NCBI RefSeq assembly: GCF_964204645.1
Contig: NC_134031.1
Location: 14,743,807-14,807,806, forward strand
DNA: 64,000 bases
DNA from: Tubulanus polymorphus
Taxonomy: Eukaryota > Animalia > Nemertea
Direction of reading: 5' to 3'
Below are positions 45,801 to 55,285 of the stretch, piece by piece. The position numbers were made by a program, and so were the translations under genes. Position 1 is the stretch's first letter; every line of letters begins with the position of its first letter. Under the pieces are notes generated by a model. It had not been told where the DNA came from and did no database searches. It was given only the letters and a program-made list of their open reading frames with translations.

Positions 45801-46811
45801 TATAATTATGTAGTACATTATAGAATGTTGAAGTTTTATTTGAATCAAGGAATGATATTAAAAAAAGTACATAGATATATTTCATTTAATCAATCTAAGT
45901 GGTTAGAAAAATATATAGATTTTAATACTACACAGAGAACTGAAGCTAAAACTGATTTTGAGAAGGATTACTTTAAACTAATGAACAATGCGTTCTATGG
46001 AAAAACATGTGAAAATATTAGAAATAGAAATGATATTGAGTTAGTTAGTAATGGTAAAAGAATTAGACATTTGCAATCGTATCCGAAATTCAAAGGTAAT
46101 AGAATATTCGATGAAAATTTAGCTGCAGTTGAATTAAAAAGAACTTCTATGAAGTTCAATAAACCTATTTATGTTGGAGCTGCAGTTTTAGAAATTTCAA
46201 AACTATTGATGTATGAATTCTATTATAATGTATTGCAACCCCATTTTGGGGAAAAACATATAGAAATTCTATACTTTGATACAGATTCTTACATATTAAA
46301 GATAAAAAGTGATAATATAAAAGATGATTTAAAAATATTAAATCATCATTTTGATTTCAGTAACTATCCAAAAAATCATGAATTGTTTAGCAATGATAAT
46401 AAAAAAGTTCCCGGTAAATTCAAAGATGAATTAGGCGGTGAAGAAATGATAGAGTTCATAGGTATTAGATCTAAAATGTATTCATATAAAACTAAAGAAC
46501 ATGAAGCTAAAAAGTTAAAAGGAATAACCAAAAGCGTTGTTGAAAAGAATATTCATTTCAAAGATTACATCAATTGTATATTTAATGAAGAAGTTAGAAA
46601 ACATAAGATGAAATGTTTAAGATCTGAAGATCATGAAATGTATATTGAAGAGATAGAGAAGATAAGTCTAAACCCATTTGATGATAAAAGATATATTTTA
46701 GATGATGGAATCCACACAGTCGCCTATGGTTGCAATTTAGATGAATATATAAAATTCAAAAGAGAAGAAACAAAAGAAAATGAGATTATGAAAAGGATTT
46801 TAACGTGTTAA
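42786..46811 (+). CDS. polB: Protein-primed family B DNA polymerase (pPolB), 1341 aa, with N-terminal C2H2-like zinc fingers and an endonuclease VII-like Zn insert
   Basis: Exo motifs YGDFES, FHNLSGYD, YLKSDVLLL; pol motifs YIDANNLYGWAM, KLMNNAFYGK, YFDTDS; KVPGKFKDE; insert CYYC..RDHDHLNGRFRGAAHENCN. ORF intact. Confidence 0.95.
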   Translation: MEANKYYCPTCNIDIDKSQKARHNKTITHLENKLKLEYKDDILETKLEELNNEKETYKCDTCNQLFSDKRYYKEHLKSISHIRNKNNDILGEDYFDNDNDKKQKTIKRIKNKLNNKRPYMEDVRNYINSLDNKKDIEITEAFKSDIGPAAIEFKFHKGKTLEENKKHLENMKEIIKIITDVEYPKISISVKVKFIKSEDKPIYNINSHSQHILSKQHIDDKLNKCYNEIKTKIEEKYFEGSGLIFDEIIFITLHVYNTKYNKLTKSKPIDENNLSYYKEPDIEASSYIKLPFKTNAVINVQNEDDKCLLWTIISCLHPATYNICRLTHYKPFENNYKIDKYPVRIKNIPKIERDNNIKINVFDLIKLPNTKGNNIKHYTLEPLYLSKDYDSNDVIDILYYENHYMWIKRIDLFFKSENDFDNKIYLCRKCLHKFRTEGALLNHKQLCDNHDYCKLVLPNEKDKILEFKKYDYKNKVPFVIYGDFESLNKELTDKDRKDIYYKRKKLNSNESDYSDKPPITNTIKKIHQSAAAFGLYIKSDYPELIESEYYHYRNENVINHFCDLLIEYEIRFSKLLNTNKEIIMTEEDKEAFEFADKCYYCEKIFNYKDKKVRDHDHLNGRFRGAAHENCNLQAKKVNFVPIIFHNLSGYDAHLFIKQLCHKIEEINNEIEILNSNKSKDKIPTYKFRMLAKTSENYISFQFGCLRFIDSYRFLASSLDNLSKSLVDDELKILKEYYPNYDDFKLMRYKGAIPYSFYKNHNDFKITELLKEQFYDELKNEYVKDEVYNRTLNIWNHFEIKNHGQLVDLYLKSDVLLLTDIFERFRDVNLKYFNIDPCHCYSSPGLTWDCGLKFTDIKMDLLTNIDQLLLFEKSIRGGVSGVLGDRYFNVNDNPGYKLLYIDANNLYGWAMMEPQPYGMFEITEVLQIDKFDWKKRILDIADDSDTGYFFVVDLEYPENIKFKSRNLAYCPEHKTVKHEELSNYQKRIKLDNHIHTEKLMVTQEDKYNYVVHYRMLKFYLNQGMILKKVHRYISFNQSKWLEKYIDFNTTQRTEAKTDFEKDYFKLMNNAFYGKTCENIRNRNDIELVSNGKRIRHLQSYPKFKGNRIFDENLAAVELKRTSMKFNKPIYVGAAVLEISKLLMYEFYYNVLQPHFGEKHIEILYFDTDSYILKIKSDNIKDDLKILNHHFDFSNYPKNHELFSNDNKKVPGKFKDELGGEEMIEFIGIRSKMYSYKTKEHEAKKLKGITKSVVEKNIHFKDYINCIFNEEVRKHKMKCLRSEDHEMYIEEIEKISLNPFDDKRYILDDGIHTVAYGCNLDEYIKFKREETKENEIMKRILTC

Positions 46812-46839
46812 TCAATTTCAATAAAAATTTTTATAATAA

Positions 46840-47181
46840 ATGGAGAGTAAACAAGTACACAGTGAATTCTTAGATAGAATTAAAGATACTTCAAGCGTCA
46901 AATCTGTAGATTATAAATTTAAAAAACTAACTGAGTTAACAATTCACAAGAAATATTTAATTACTAACATTGAAACAATTACTAATAAATATGGAGATAA
47001 ATTAATAATTCATTTAGAATATGAAGGATTAAAAGGAAATAAATATAAATTCAGAACTTATTTACCAGATAGATTTCATAGATTATCAAGTGAAGATCTA
47101 GAAGAATTATGTTCTGGTGATTTCTATTTCGTATACAAAGGTAAGAATGAAAAAGGGCACCATGAAATAGATTTCGAATAA
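46840..47181 (+). CDS. Polinton hypothetical protein, 113 aa (possibly small beta-rich nucleic-acid-binding protein)
   Basis: Clean ORF with TAAATG start directly after pPolB; function is a guess. Confidence 0.65.
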   Translation: MESKQVHSEFLDRIKDTSSVKSVDYKFKKLTELTIHKKYLITNIETITNKYGDKLIIHLEYEGLKGNKYKFRTYLPDRFHRLSSEDLEELCSGDFYFVYKGKNEKGHHEIDFE

Positions 47182-47198
47182 GAAAATATGTAAAATAA

Positions 47199-47954
47199 AT
47201 GGCGGAATTAAAAGAATACAGAATATTTGTTGATTCTAGAAGGCTTACAAATTATAAATCTCATAATTTATTAGTACAATTAGATAGAGAATTTAAGAAT
47301 TGTGTTGATTTAAAATTAGTAAATATAAGTTTATGTAATTCTTTTTACAATGTATCGGATAAAACTTTTGAACATAGAGGGTTTATGATTTATATGAGAA
47401 ATAAAGATAAATGGTTTCATATATTTTTAAAACCAGGATTATATAATTTAGAATCATTAGCGCAGGAAATTAATAGAAGAGCTCGGTTGAAAATCGGGGG
47501 TAGTTCTGTATTTGAAATTAAATTTAATAAAATTGATAGTACTAATAAAATAAGAATAAAGATATCTAATGAACAACATAAATTTATGGTAAACAAACCA
47601 CTGGCTAAAATGTTAGGAATTAAACCTCTTACAGTTACTGGAAACGCAGAAGGCAGCTCAAATATAATACCTTTTACACACTTTTATATTTATTGCAATT
47701 TAATCGAGCCTACAAAAACTTTCGAAGCAACTAAAGAAACGATTTGTAGTTCTAGTATACTAAATATTTTACCGCTAAAAAATGTTAAACAATTTGGAAC
47801 TCAAATAAATTATAATTTAACAGAATGTGATTTTAAACCTTGCATTCCTAAATTTAATAATTTTAAATTAGAAATAAGAAATCATAATGGATACTTAATT
47901 GATTTAAATAACTTTCCTGTGATATATGAATTAGTTATAAGATGTAGAGAGTAA
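47199..47954 (+). CDS. Minor capsid protein (penton, single jelly-roll), 251 aa
   Basis: Pattern typical of Polinton mCP: IFVDS..., PGLYNLESL..EIN, LAKMLG, FYIYCNLIE, C-terminal LEIRNHNGYLIDLNNFPVIYELVIR. Confidence 0.8.
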   Translation: MAELKEYRIFVDSRRLTNYKSHNLLVQLDREFKNCVDLKLVNISLCNSFYNVSDKTFEHRGFMIYMRNKDKWFHIFLKPGLYNLESLAQEINRRARLKIGGSSVFEIKFNKIDSTNKIRIKISNEQHKFMVNKPLAKMLGIKPLTVTGNAEGSSNIIPFTHFYIYCNLIEPTKTFEATKETICSSSILNILPLKNVKQFGTQINYNLTECDFKPCIPKFNNFKLEIRNHNGYLIDLNNFPVIYELVIRCRE

Positions 47955-47970
47955 TTTTTTTGATATATAA

Positions 47971-48330
47971 ATGAATATAACTGTTGGACCGAGTATATGT
48001 TTTGGATTTGATTTTAAACGTGAGAAAGAAATGAAATTTAATATTAATGATGTAATAACACATATTAAGAATATTGCATTTTCTAATGAAACAACATTTG
48101 AGTATGAAACAACAATAGATAAAGAAACTTTAAATGTAGAAAAGATTACTAATTTAATTAGAGAATCTTTAAAGTTTTATGAATTAGATGAAGATTTTAT
48201 CATCGATGATATTAAAAAAATAATAATTGAAATATATGATAATCATAAAACTAGTAATGAAATAAATGTTGAAATAATCATCACTAAGTTAACTAAATAT
48301 TTTGATGATAGTAATTTTTTTGATAAATAA
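47971..48330 (+). CDS. Hypothetical protein, 119 aa
   Basis: ORF with T7-N6-TAAATG start motif, abutting its neighbours. Confidence 0.65.
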   Translation: MNITVGPSICFGFDFKREKEMKFNINDVITHIKNIAFSNETTFEYETTIDKETLNVEKITNLIRESLKFYELDEDFIIDDIKKIIIEIYDNHKTSNEINVEIIITKLTKYFDDSNFFDK

Positions 48331-48552
48331 ATGAGTGATAATAAGTGGATAATAACTGGATTATATAATGGAGCATTACTATCAGTTGGAACGGTTGGTT
48401 ATTCAATGGTATTAAAAAAAGTATTCAAAATGGGAAGTGTTAATGTTGATAGATTTGATATAAATGATATTTTAAAGTTAACATTAGCAGTTACTTTATC
48501 TAATTTAACTATTGATTATTTGGAAAAACAAAAATATATTCCTCCCATATAA
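48331..48552 (+). CDS. Small hydrophobic protein, 73 aa
   Basis: Two hydrophobic segments; conserved start motif. Confidence 0.7.
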   Translation: MSDNKWIITGLYNGALLSVGTVGYSMVLKKVFKMGSVNVDRFDINDILKLTLAVTLSNLTIDYLEKQKYIPPI

Positions 48553-48577
48553 ATACATAATTTTTTTTGTTAAATAA

Positions 48578-49000
48578 ATGGCTTCTGCAATTATAACTAT
48601 TATAGGATCAGCAATTGTTAACGCTTTAGCATTTACTGGTGGTGGTTATTTATTTAAACATATTGATAAAAATAGTTCATTAGGAGAACAAAGAAGACAT
48701 AACTTAGCGTTAGAGAAATACAATAAAGCTGCAGAAGAATATAGAGAAAAGAGACAAAACTATATGGATTACATCAATAAAGAATTATATGATCAGAAGA
48801 TTTCACATAGAGATTTTCAATCAGTTGATGATGCAATGAGTTTATATAACGCAGTAACAAATAAAGAAAAATTACATCTATACAAACCCAAATTATCAGA
48901 TTATTATACCCCAAGTAAAGAACAACAGAAATATGAAATAATATGGATTTTAGGTGGAACTGTTATTGTTATATTTGTTGCTTATAAATTTACTAATTAG
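48578..49000 (+). CDS. Membrane-associated protein, 140 aa (hydrophobic N-terminus, ExxRxNxxxE coiled coil, C-terminal TM)
   Basis: MASAIITIIGSAIVNALAFTGGG...EQRRHNLALE...IIWILGGTVIVIFVAYK. Confidence 0.75.
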   Translation: MASAIITIIGSAIVNALAFTGGGYLFKHIDKNSSLGEQRRHNLALEKYNKAAEEYREKRQNYMDYINKELYDQKISHRDFQSVDDAMSLYNAVTNKEKLHLYKPKLSDYYTPSKEQQKYEIIWILGGTVIVIFVAYKFTN

Positions 49001-49020
49001 TAATTTTTTTTGCTAAATAA

Positions 49021-49457
49021 ATGGAAGATAAAGTTGATAGTATTGATATTATTCCTCATGATATAAATAAAACTAAATTAAAAACATATTTAGAAAAACA
49101 AATATTAGAATTTGAAAGTGACTTAAAGATAAAAAAGAAAAAATATTTAAAAAGTAAAATTATATATTATCTTATTATTAGTGGTTCGGTTACAATTAGT
49201 TCTGTAATAACATTTCTAGCAATATTCAGTCCATTAACACCTTTAGCTATATCAATTGGTGTGTTAGGATTAAGTTCAAATGTGTTTTAACCGGTATAAG
49301 TTCAAAATTAAATATGAAAAGTAATAAAGAAAAAATTAAAACTAATATAAAAGAAATTAATAAATTAAAGAATACACTAGATTATATAATAAGTTTAAAT
49401 GGTCATATAACAGTTGAAGAACAAGATAAATTATTAAAAGAATTAATAAATTATTAA
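49021..49457 (+). pseudogene. Two-TM protein (~145 aa), frameshifted at ~49282-49290
   Basis: ORF stops at ...SSNVF* but continues in another frame as LTGISSKLNMKSNKEKIK...GHITVEEQDKLLKELINY*, ending at 49457 exactly before the next gene's start motif. Confidence 0.7.
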
Positions 49458-49474
49458 TTTTTTTAGTTATATAA

Positions 49475-50776
49475 ATGGGGTTTCCAAAAGCTTTCCAATA
49501 TAATAAATCAATTAAATATAATATTCCGGCAATAGATTTTAAGAAAAATATTACATATAAAAATATAGTTTTAAATTCATTAACTAATTTAGAAATTTAT
49601 GTTAATGAATCACAGTTTTTTATTTCTAAAATGGAAAATATATTTAATACATATGAAGTTACTTTTACTCGAGATGAATATCATAAATATAAAGTAAAAT
49701 CTAATATGAAGTATTGGCAGAACCAATTAAATTTTGCTGTTTATTGTGCAACAACAGGATGTGGAATTAGTTGGAATGATCATTTAAATAACTTAGATAA
49801 AAATTTGAAGTATTCTGATTTAAAATTAATTCACACAATATTTAGATTTCACACATATTTTCAAATCAGAATAATATTAAATGAATTAGAATGTCCTTTA
49901 CCCGGGTCTAAATATTTTAAAGAATTGGATAATAATATTAATATATCCAAGTTTTATAAAATATGTAATGAATTTAATATAAATATTAATTCCGATTTTA
50001 GAGCGCATGGTAAATTGCAAGGTGTTGGTGAAGAGTATGAAATAAAAAGAATTGATTATATGCATAGAATTGGAGCTTATCATAATTATAAAATTGATAA
50101 TAATAATGGTTGGGTTAATTTCATTTTAGAAAATGGTGAAGGTTTTACAAAATCAGGTATACAAAGAATAAATCAATCTATTAGAATTTATTTGATATGT
50201 ATTTTAGGCGCTCAAGTTGAAACAAGATCCCCAATAATTGGAAATGATAACACTTCATTCGATGCGCAGAAACAGTTTAAAGTTTTATTTGAAGATTCCA
50301 TACATAATGATAAAAATAGATCGATTCCAGAAAACATTATAAGATATCAAAATTATTTAGATAAATCTCATGTAAGACTTAATTATTGTATAGGCCCTAA
50401 TCTATTAATTATTTCTAATGATTTAGTATTAAAGATGGGAAACATAATTGGTTATAATAATCTAATTAAAACTGCAACAATAAATAATTCATTTGGATTA
50501 AATGATATAAATAAAAAGATTATTACTGCTCCAAAATTAATGGAAGGTGAAAAAAATAAAAAACACATTCAATCAACTAAAACTAAAACTAAGAATATTA
50601 AATTAAATAATGATTCTAAAGTAAAAGATTACAATACATCAGAAAATAATAGAACTGATAAAATTCAACATGATATAATTAAACTAAATGATGATAATAA
50701 ATCCCATGAAAATACTAAATTAGCTATAACTTGTATAGGAATTGTAATCGGAGGAATATTATATTTTAAATTTTAA
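49475..50776 (+). CDS. Polinton-associated hypothetical protein, 433 aa, C-terminal TM anchor
   Basis: Intact ORF; WQNQLNFAVYCATTGCGIS and ICILGAQVETR blocks; C-terminal LAITCIGIVIGGILYFKF. Confidence 0.8.
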   Translation: MGFPKAFQYNKSIKYNIPAIDFKKNITYKNIVLNSLTNLEIYVNESQFFISKMENIFNTYEVTFTRDEYHKYKVKSNMKYWQNQLNFAVYCATTGCGISWNDHLNNLDKNLKYSDLKLIHTIFRFHTYFQIRIILNELECPLPGSKYFKELDNNINISKFYKICNEFNININSDFRAHGKLQGVGEEYEIKRIDYMHRIGAYHNYKIDNNNGWVNFILENGEGFTKSGIQRINQSIRIYLICILGAQVETRSPIIGNDNTSFDAQKQFKVLFEDSIHNDKNRSIPENIIRYQNYLDKSHVRLNYCIGPNLLIISNDLVLKMGNIIGYNNLIKTATINNSFGLNDINKKIITAPKLMEGEKNKKHIQSTKTKTKNIKLNNDSKVKDYNTSENNRTDKIQHDIIKLNDDNKSHENTKLAITCIGIVIGGILYFKF

Positions 50777-50792
50777 TTTTTTTATTATATAA

Positions 50793-52265
50793 ATGGATGA
50801 AGAAATTCCATTGGATACTTTTGGTGACGCCCCTGGTATAAGTGATGAACCACAAACTGATTTTAATGAAACTAATATTGATAATGATGATGAATCAGCA
50901 TATAATTCTAATTTAGCAGATAGTGGTTCTAAAGCCCCATCAACAGATGAATTTGATAGAAGAACTAGATCGAGAATAAATCCTGAAAATGAAAATCAAG
51001 GTTTATTAAAGCAAAATTTAGAATATAATGAATATATTTATAATTTCAAACATGTATTTGAAAATTCTGGATATAATATAAATGATAGAGGTGCCAGATA
51101 TTTAGTAAGAGAATTAAAATTTTTAGATGGTGAATATTATTATCGTTTGAAAGATGATTATTATATTGATATCTCTTATAAAAAACAAGAAAAAATATTA
51201 GCAGAATCAACTTTGCTTAAGTTAAACCTATCTAGAATTAAAAGAATAAGAAATAGTAATGAACCAGAAGATGTAACACAAGAAGAAATTATTAAAAATG
51301 AAAGAGTATTTAAACAAAGAATTAATAAATTATTTGAAACAATCGATAATAATTTAGAACCTGAAACAACTTCTGAACAGAATAAAACTTCCAAAACTAG
51401 TAAACTTAAGTCAAACGAAGTTCAAACTGAAAAACTTTTACCGAATGGATTACTTGATGCAACAGATCAAGAAATAGAAGCTTTAAGTATGTTTTCTAAA
51501 AAAACAATTAGAGAAATAATAAGTATACGAAATGAAGCCGATAAAATTGCGCGCGAAAAAAATATTAGATATAATAAAATTAAACCTTTAGAAAATAAAT
51601 TATTTGACACCAGAAAAGAATTAGAACAATTAAAATTAGATAGAGAATTTAAAGTTATTGAAGAAATTGAATTTAAAAAAAGAAATGCATATTTAGAAAA
51701 AGAAATTGATGATTTAGAATATAACATAGAATTTCAGAAAGAAAAAATGAAATTATTATTAAAATCATATGATTATTGTATTAATAGATTAAAAGTTGTT
51801 GTTAAAGAGTTAATACTAAAACCAAATTCTGACATATCATTGAAAGATAGAATAAAATTATTATTTGAGTTTGAAGGAATAACAATTCTTTCAATTCTAA
51901 CAGCTGTAACTATGTTATTTACAACAATTGGTTTAGCAATATCAAATGCTTTAAAATCTACTCCTACTCCCACTCCCAATAAACCGGATAAACCTCCAGG
52001 CAATAATTCTATACAAGATAAAGTTAAAGATGGTTTAAAGAAATTAGCAAAATATTTATAGAAACTATCTAAAAAATCTGCTGCAGCATTGCCAGGAGTT
52101 ATTGCATCAATTGTTGGTTTTGTTTTAAAATCTGCAGGTAATATTCTTAACTTTGCTGCTGAACATATTATTTTATTTTTAATTACAGTTGTAAGTGCTA
52201 TTATTTTTGGGTTAGTGAATATGATATCAAAAAATAAATTATTAATTTTTTTGTTAAATAAATGA
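50793..52265 (+). pseudogene. Coiled-coil plus C-terminal membrane protein (~490 aa) with in-frame TAG at 52059-52061
   Basis: After LAKYL* the same frame continues KLSKKSAAALPGVIASIVGFVLKSAGNILNFAAEHIILFLITVVSAIIFGLV... to TGA at 52263-52265. Confidence 0.75.
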
Positions 52266-53508
52266 GTGGGAGTTATATCAATCCTTCTAAGAATCATAGA
52301 ATATCTAATGCTATTAAAGCAGAAAGATCACATCATATATTACTCATAACCCTTCAAATATTAATCCCGATGAAACTTTATACGTTAGAATCCCTCGATT
52401 AACACAAAATACTTTTTATGTTCCAAACAGTATTTATTTATCAGCCGATATAAAAGTAATCGGTAATAATAATAATTATGTCGTTGATAATGTTGGAAGA
52501 TATTTGATTAAAAAGTTAACAATAAAGATTGGTCCAGAAACAGTTTTCTCATTAGATGATTATAATTTATTTATGCATTATAAAGATTTATGGTTAACTA
52601 AAGAAAATAGAAATAATATGATATTTCAAGGAATTCAATCAGAAAACCAAAATAAATTAAGATCAGAAGCTAATAGCGCAATATTAACAAATAATGTAGA
52701 TAAATTGATAAAAAGTATATATGGAAGCAAATATAAAATTCCATTAGACTTTGAATTGATAAATAATAATGCACCTTTATATAAATACACAATTCAAGAA
52801 GATATTATATTCGAGATAACATTTGCTCCTGTAAATGAAATTGTATTATCTAGCGTTGTTAAAGATATGAGTTATAAATTATCGAATATATGTTTAGAAT
52901 ATGATACAGTAACTGATGAAAATATTGCTAGAACAATTCAAACTCAATACAATCAAGGGTTTTCATTATTATATGATTATATTGATAAATTTAAAACTGT
53001 AACTATTAATGCAAATGATGAAATAATAAATGAGAATATTAACTTCCCTAGAAGATCTATTAAAGGTATATTAATATTTTTTACTATTGGAACGTATACT
53101 AATGGCGCAATAAATGTTGACAATTATTATAATCCTGAAATAACAAAAGTAGAAATAACTATCGAAGGTATAGCGAATAAAATATTTTGTCAAGGAATGA
53201 GAATGATAGATCAATGGGTAGAAATTAAAAAACATTTTATGAATGAAAAAATAAAATCATTTGAAAATTGTAACATTAATCAAATTGATTATTATACCGG
53301 TAATAAATTTGCATTATGGTTAGATTTTAGAACAACTGAAGATAATTCATTACATGGTTATGGGAAAAAACTACAAAATACAAAAGATGGAATACAATTA
53401 TTCATGACAAAGAAAAAGGGAATCAAAAATTTTAAAATGCATATTTATATATTATCTGACGCGCAATTAAATATTGTAAATTCACAATTAGATAGTGTTA
53501 TGTATTAA
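52262..53508 (+). pseudogene. Major capsid protein (double jelly-roll, ~415 aa) with a 1-nt deletion frameshift at ~52338
   Basis: True ATG at 52262 (in TAAATG): MSGSYINPSKNHRISNAIKAERSHHI, then -1 frame ITHNPSNINPDETLYVRIPRL...NVGRYLIKKLTIKIG, joining the listed 334-aa ORF (LSNICLEYDTV, RRSIKGILIFF, YNPEITKVEITIEG, FALWLDFRT, YILSDAQLNI). Size and beta-rich pattern fit Polinton MCP. Confidence 0.8.
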
Positions 53509-53540
53509 AATTTTAACTTTAATAAAAATATATATAATAA

Positions 53541-54488
53541 ATGGAAGGAGGTAAAGTATATAAACATATTCCATACATCGATACACATGAAAATAATGAT
53601 GGTTTATATTATGTAATACCTTGTAATATAGCTTTGATATTTGATCCTATTTTTAAAAATTATAAAACTAAACTGATAGAAATCAATAATAAAAGTGAAG
53701 TTGTTGATAATTTAAGTAATGTAATTGATAATAATGTAATACCTTCTACATCTAATAACGTAATACCTTCTACATCTAATAATGTAATACCTTCTACATC
53801 TAATAACATAATACCTTCTACATCTGTAATACCCTCTACATCAAATAATATAATACCTACTACATCTAATAATACAATAATATTAAATGTTAGTGAAAAT
53901 AGAAATTATTGTGGTTATTGTAATGGTGAATTTTCAAACGCTCCATCAAATTGGAATAAACATATGAATACAAATTCACATATTACTAATGTTATAGAAC
54001 GTGTTGGTTTAAAAGAATTTATAGAACACCCATTTAGATATGTTACAAAATTTGTTTCAAATAAAAAAGTAAATGGTGAAAAAATATATGAAGATTTATT
54101 ATTAGCAACACCTAATAAAGATGAATTAGATTTAACCGATGCTAATGAAATATTAGGATCAAACACTGTAAATGAAATATTAGGATCAAACACTAATAAA
54201 GATGATAATGAAAATGGTGCCATACACACACATGATGATATAGTTACAGTTAAACATATTGATAATAAAGATTCTATAAAACTTAAAGTAGAAAATAATA
54301 ATAAATTTGATTGGAAGAATAAGTTTAAAAATGAAACAACTATTGATGATTTAGTAAAAAATATGAAAAAGGTGAAAAAGGTGAAAAAGGTGAAAAAAAA
54401 TTATAAAGATATTGAAGAAGATTCGGTAGAGCATTTAAATAAATTGTTAGCGTCTGATAGTGAAAGTGATTCAGAAATTGATTATTAA
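53541..54488 (+). CDS. Hypothetical protein, 315 aa, with NNVIPSTS repeats, C2H2-like zinc finger and basic/acidic tail
   Basis: 24-bp coding repeats ~53730-53870; CGYC...HMNTNSH; KKVKKVKKVKK; SDSESDSE. Confidence 0.75.
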   Translation: MEGGKVYKHIPYIDTHENNDGLYYVIPCNIALIFDPIFKNYKTKLIEINNKSEVVDNLSNVIDNNVIPSTSNNVIPSTSNNVIPSTSNNIIPSTSVIPSTSNNIIPTTSNNTIILNVSENRNYCGYCNGEFSNAPSNWNKHMNTNSHITNVIERVGLKEFIEHPFRYVTKFVSNKKVNGEKIYEDLLLATPNKDELDLTDANEILGSNTVNEILGSNTNKDDNENGAIHTHDDIVTVKHIDNKDSIKLKVENNNKFDWKNKFKNETTIDDLVKNMKKVKKVKKVKKNYKDIEEDSVEHLNKLLASDSESDSEIDY

Positions 54489-54567
54489 AACTCGAATAAT
54501 AAAGGTTGAAAATTGTATAAAATAATAGTAAATAAAAAAGGGGGTTTAAATTATTTAAGGTATCTAA

Positions 54568-54651
54568 TAGGGTATCAGGTATTAGGGTATCAGGTATTAG
54601 GGTATCAGGTATTAGGGTATCAGGTATTAGGGTATCAGGTATTAGGGTATC
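54568..54651. repeat. 15-bp tandem repeat (TAGGGTATCAGGTAT)x5.6 between the convergent gene blocks
   Basis: Perfect copies, directly visible. Confidence 0.95.
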
Positions 54652-54673
54652 TAATACATAGGTATACAAATAG

Positions 54674-55285
54674 TTATTTTATGAATTTATATTCATAAGG
54701 AAATTGTAATCTCAGTAATAATTTTGAACCTTTATTATTTTTTAATTTATTCATATATTCATCATGTAATTCAGTAGGTATAATTTGATTTTCTTCCAAT
54801 GATTGTTGCATAGATTTTCTATCTTTGTTGTAGAATAAAACTAGAAATCTTATATTCTCTCTAAAATCTTTCACAATTGAATTATATTTCTGATTTAAAA
54901 CCCATGTTGTTATCCCAAAATGTCTACCAGAGAAAGCTAAATAACATAACTCACTTTCTCTAATTTTAGAATCATGTAAATTTGCGCAATCATCAATAAT
55001 AAATAATGTATTAGATCCTTTATAAATATCTAATGCAATTTTTATACAATTATCTAAATTTTCTTTTACTGTTTTAGGGTCTAATATAATAAACTTTTTT
55101 ATCTTAACTATATCTCTATTATATGTTTTATTCATTTCATATGTAGGACAGAATAATATTATATTATCAAAATGATTCTTATAAATAGTTTCTAACAAGT
55201 CTAATATGAAATGTGTTTTACCACAATTGGTTACTCCAGTTATTAACATATTATGTGGTTCAAATATAAATAAATCTTTATTCAT
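54674..55285 (-). CDS. FtsK/A32-like DNA packaging ATPase, 203 aa
   Basis: Walker A GVTNCGKT, Walker B LFIIDD, A32-type GRHFGITTWVLNQ motif. Confidence 0.9.
   Translation of the reverse strand: MNKDLFIFEPHNMLITGVTNCGKTHFILDLLETIYKNHFDNIILFCPTYEMNKTYNRDIVKIKKFIILDPKTVKENLDNCIKIALDIYKGSNTLFIIDDCANLHDSKIRESELCYLAFSGRHFGITTWVLNQKYNSIVKDFRENIRFLVLFYNKDRKSMQQSLEENQIIPTELHDEYMNKLKNNKGSKLLLRLQFPYEYKFIK

Larger units (their letters stand above)
47952..52264 (+). promoter_or_regulatory. Seven copies of TAA-T7-8-N6-7-TAAATG (poxvirus late-promoter-like) at gene starts 47971, 48331, 48578, 49021, 49475, 50793, 52262
   Basis: Read directly upstream of each ATG; near-constant spacing. Confidence 0.7.

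Noticed and set aside
51176-52297. Antisense ORFs (72, 86 and 174 aa) within the Polinton
   Set aside because: Shadows of the + strand gene; no ATG in the conserved motif and no recognisable features.
52504-53508. MCP starting at the TTG given in the ORF track
   Set aside because: The real start is ATG 52262 with the conserved upstream motif; the ORF is split by a frameshift.
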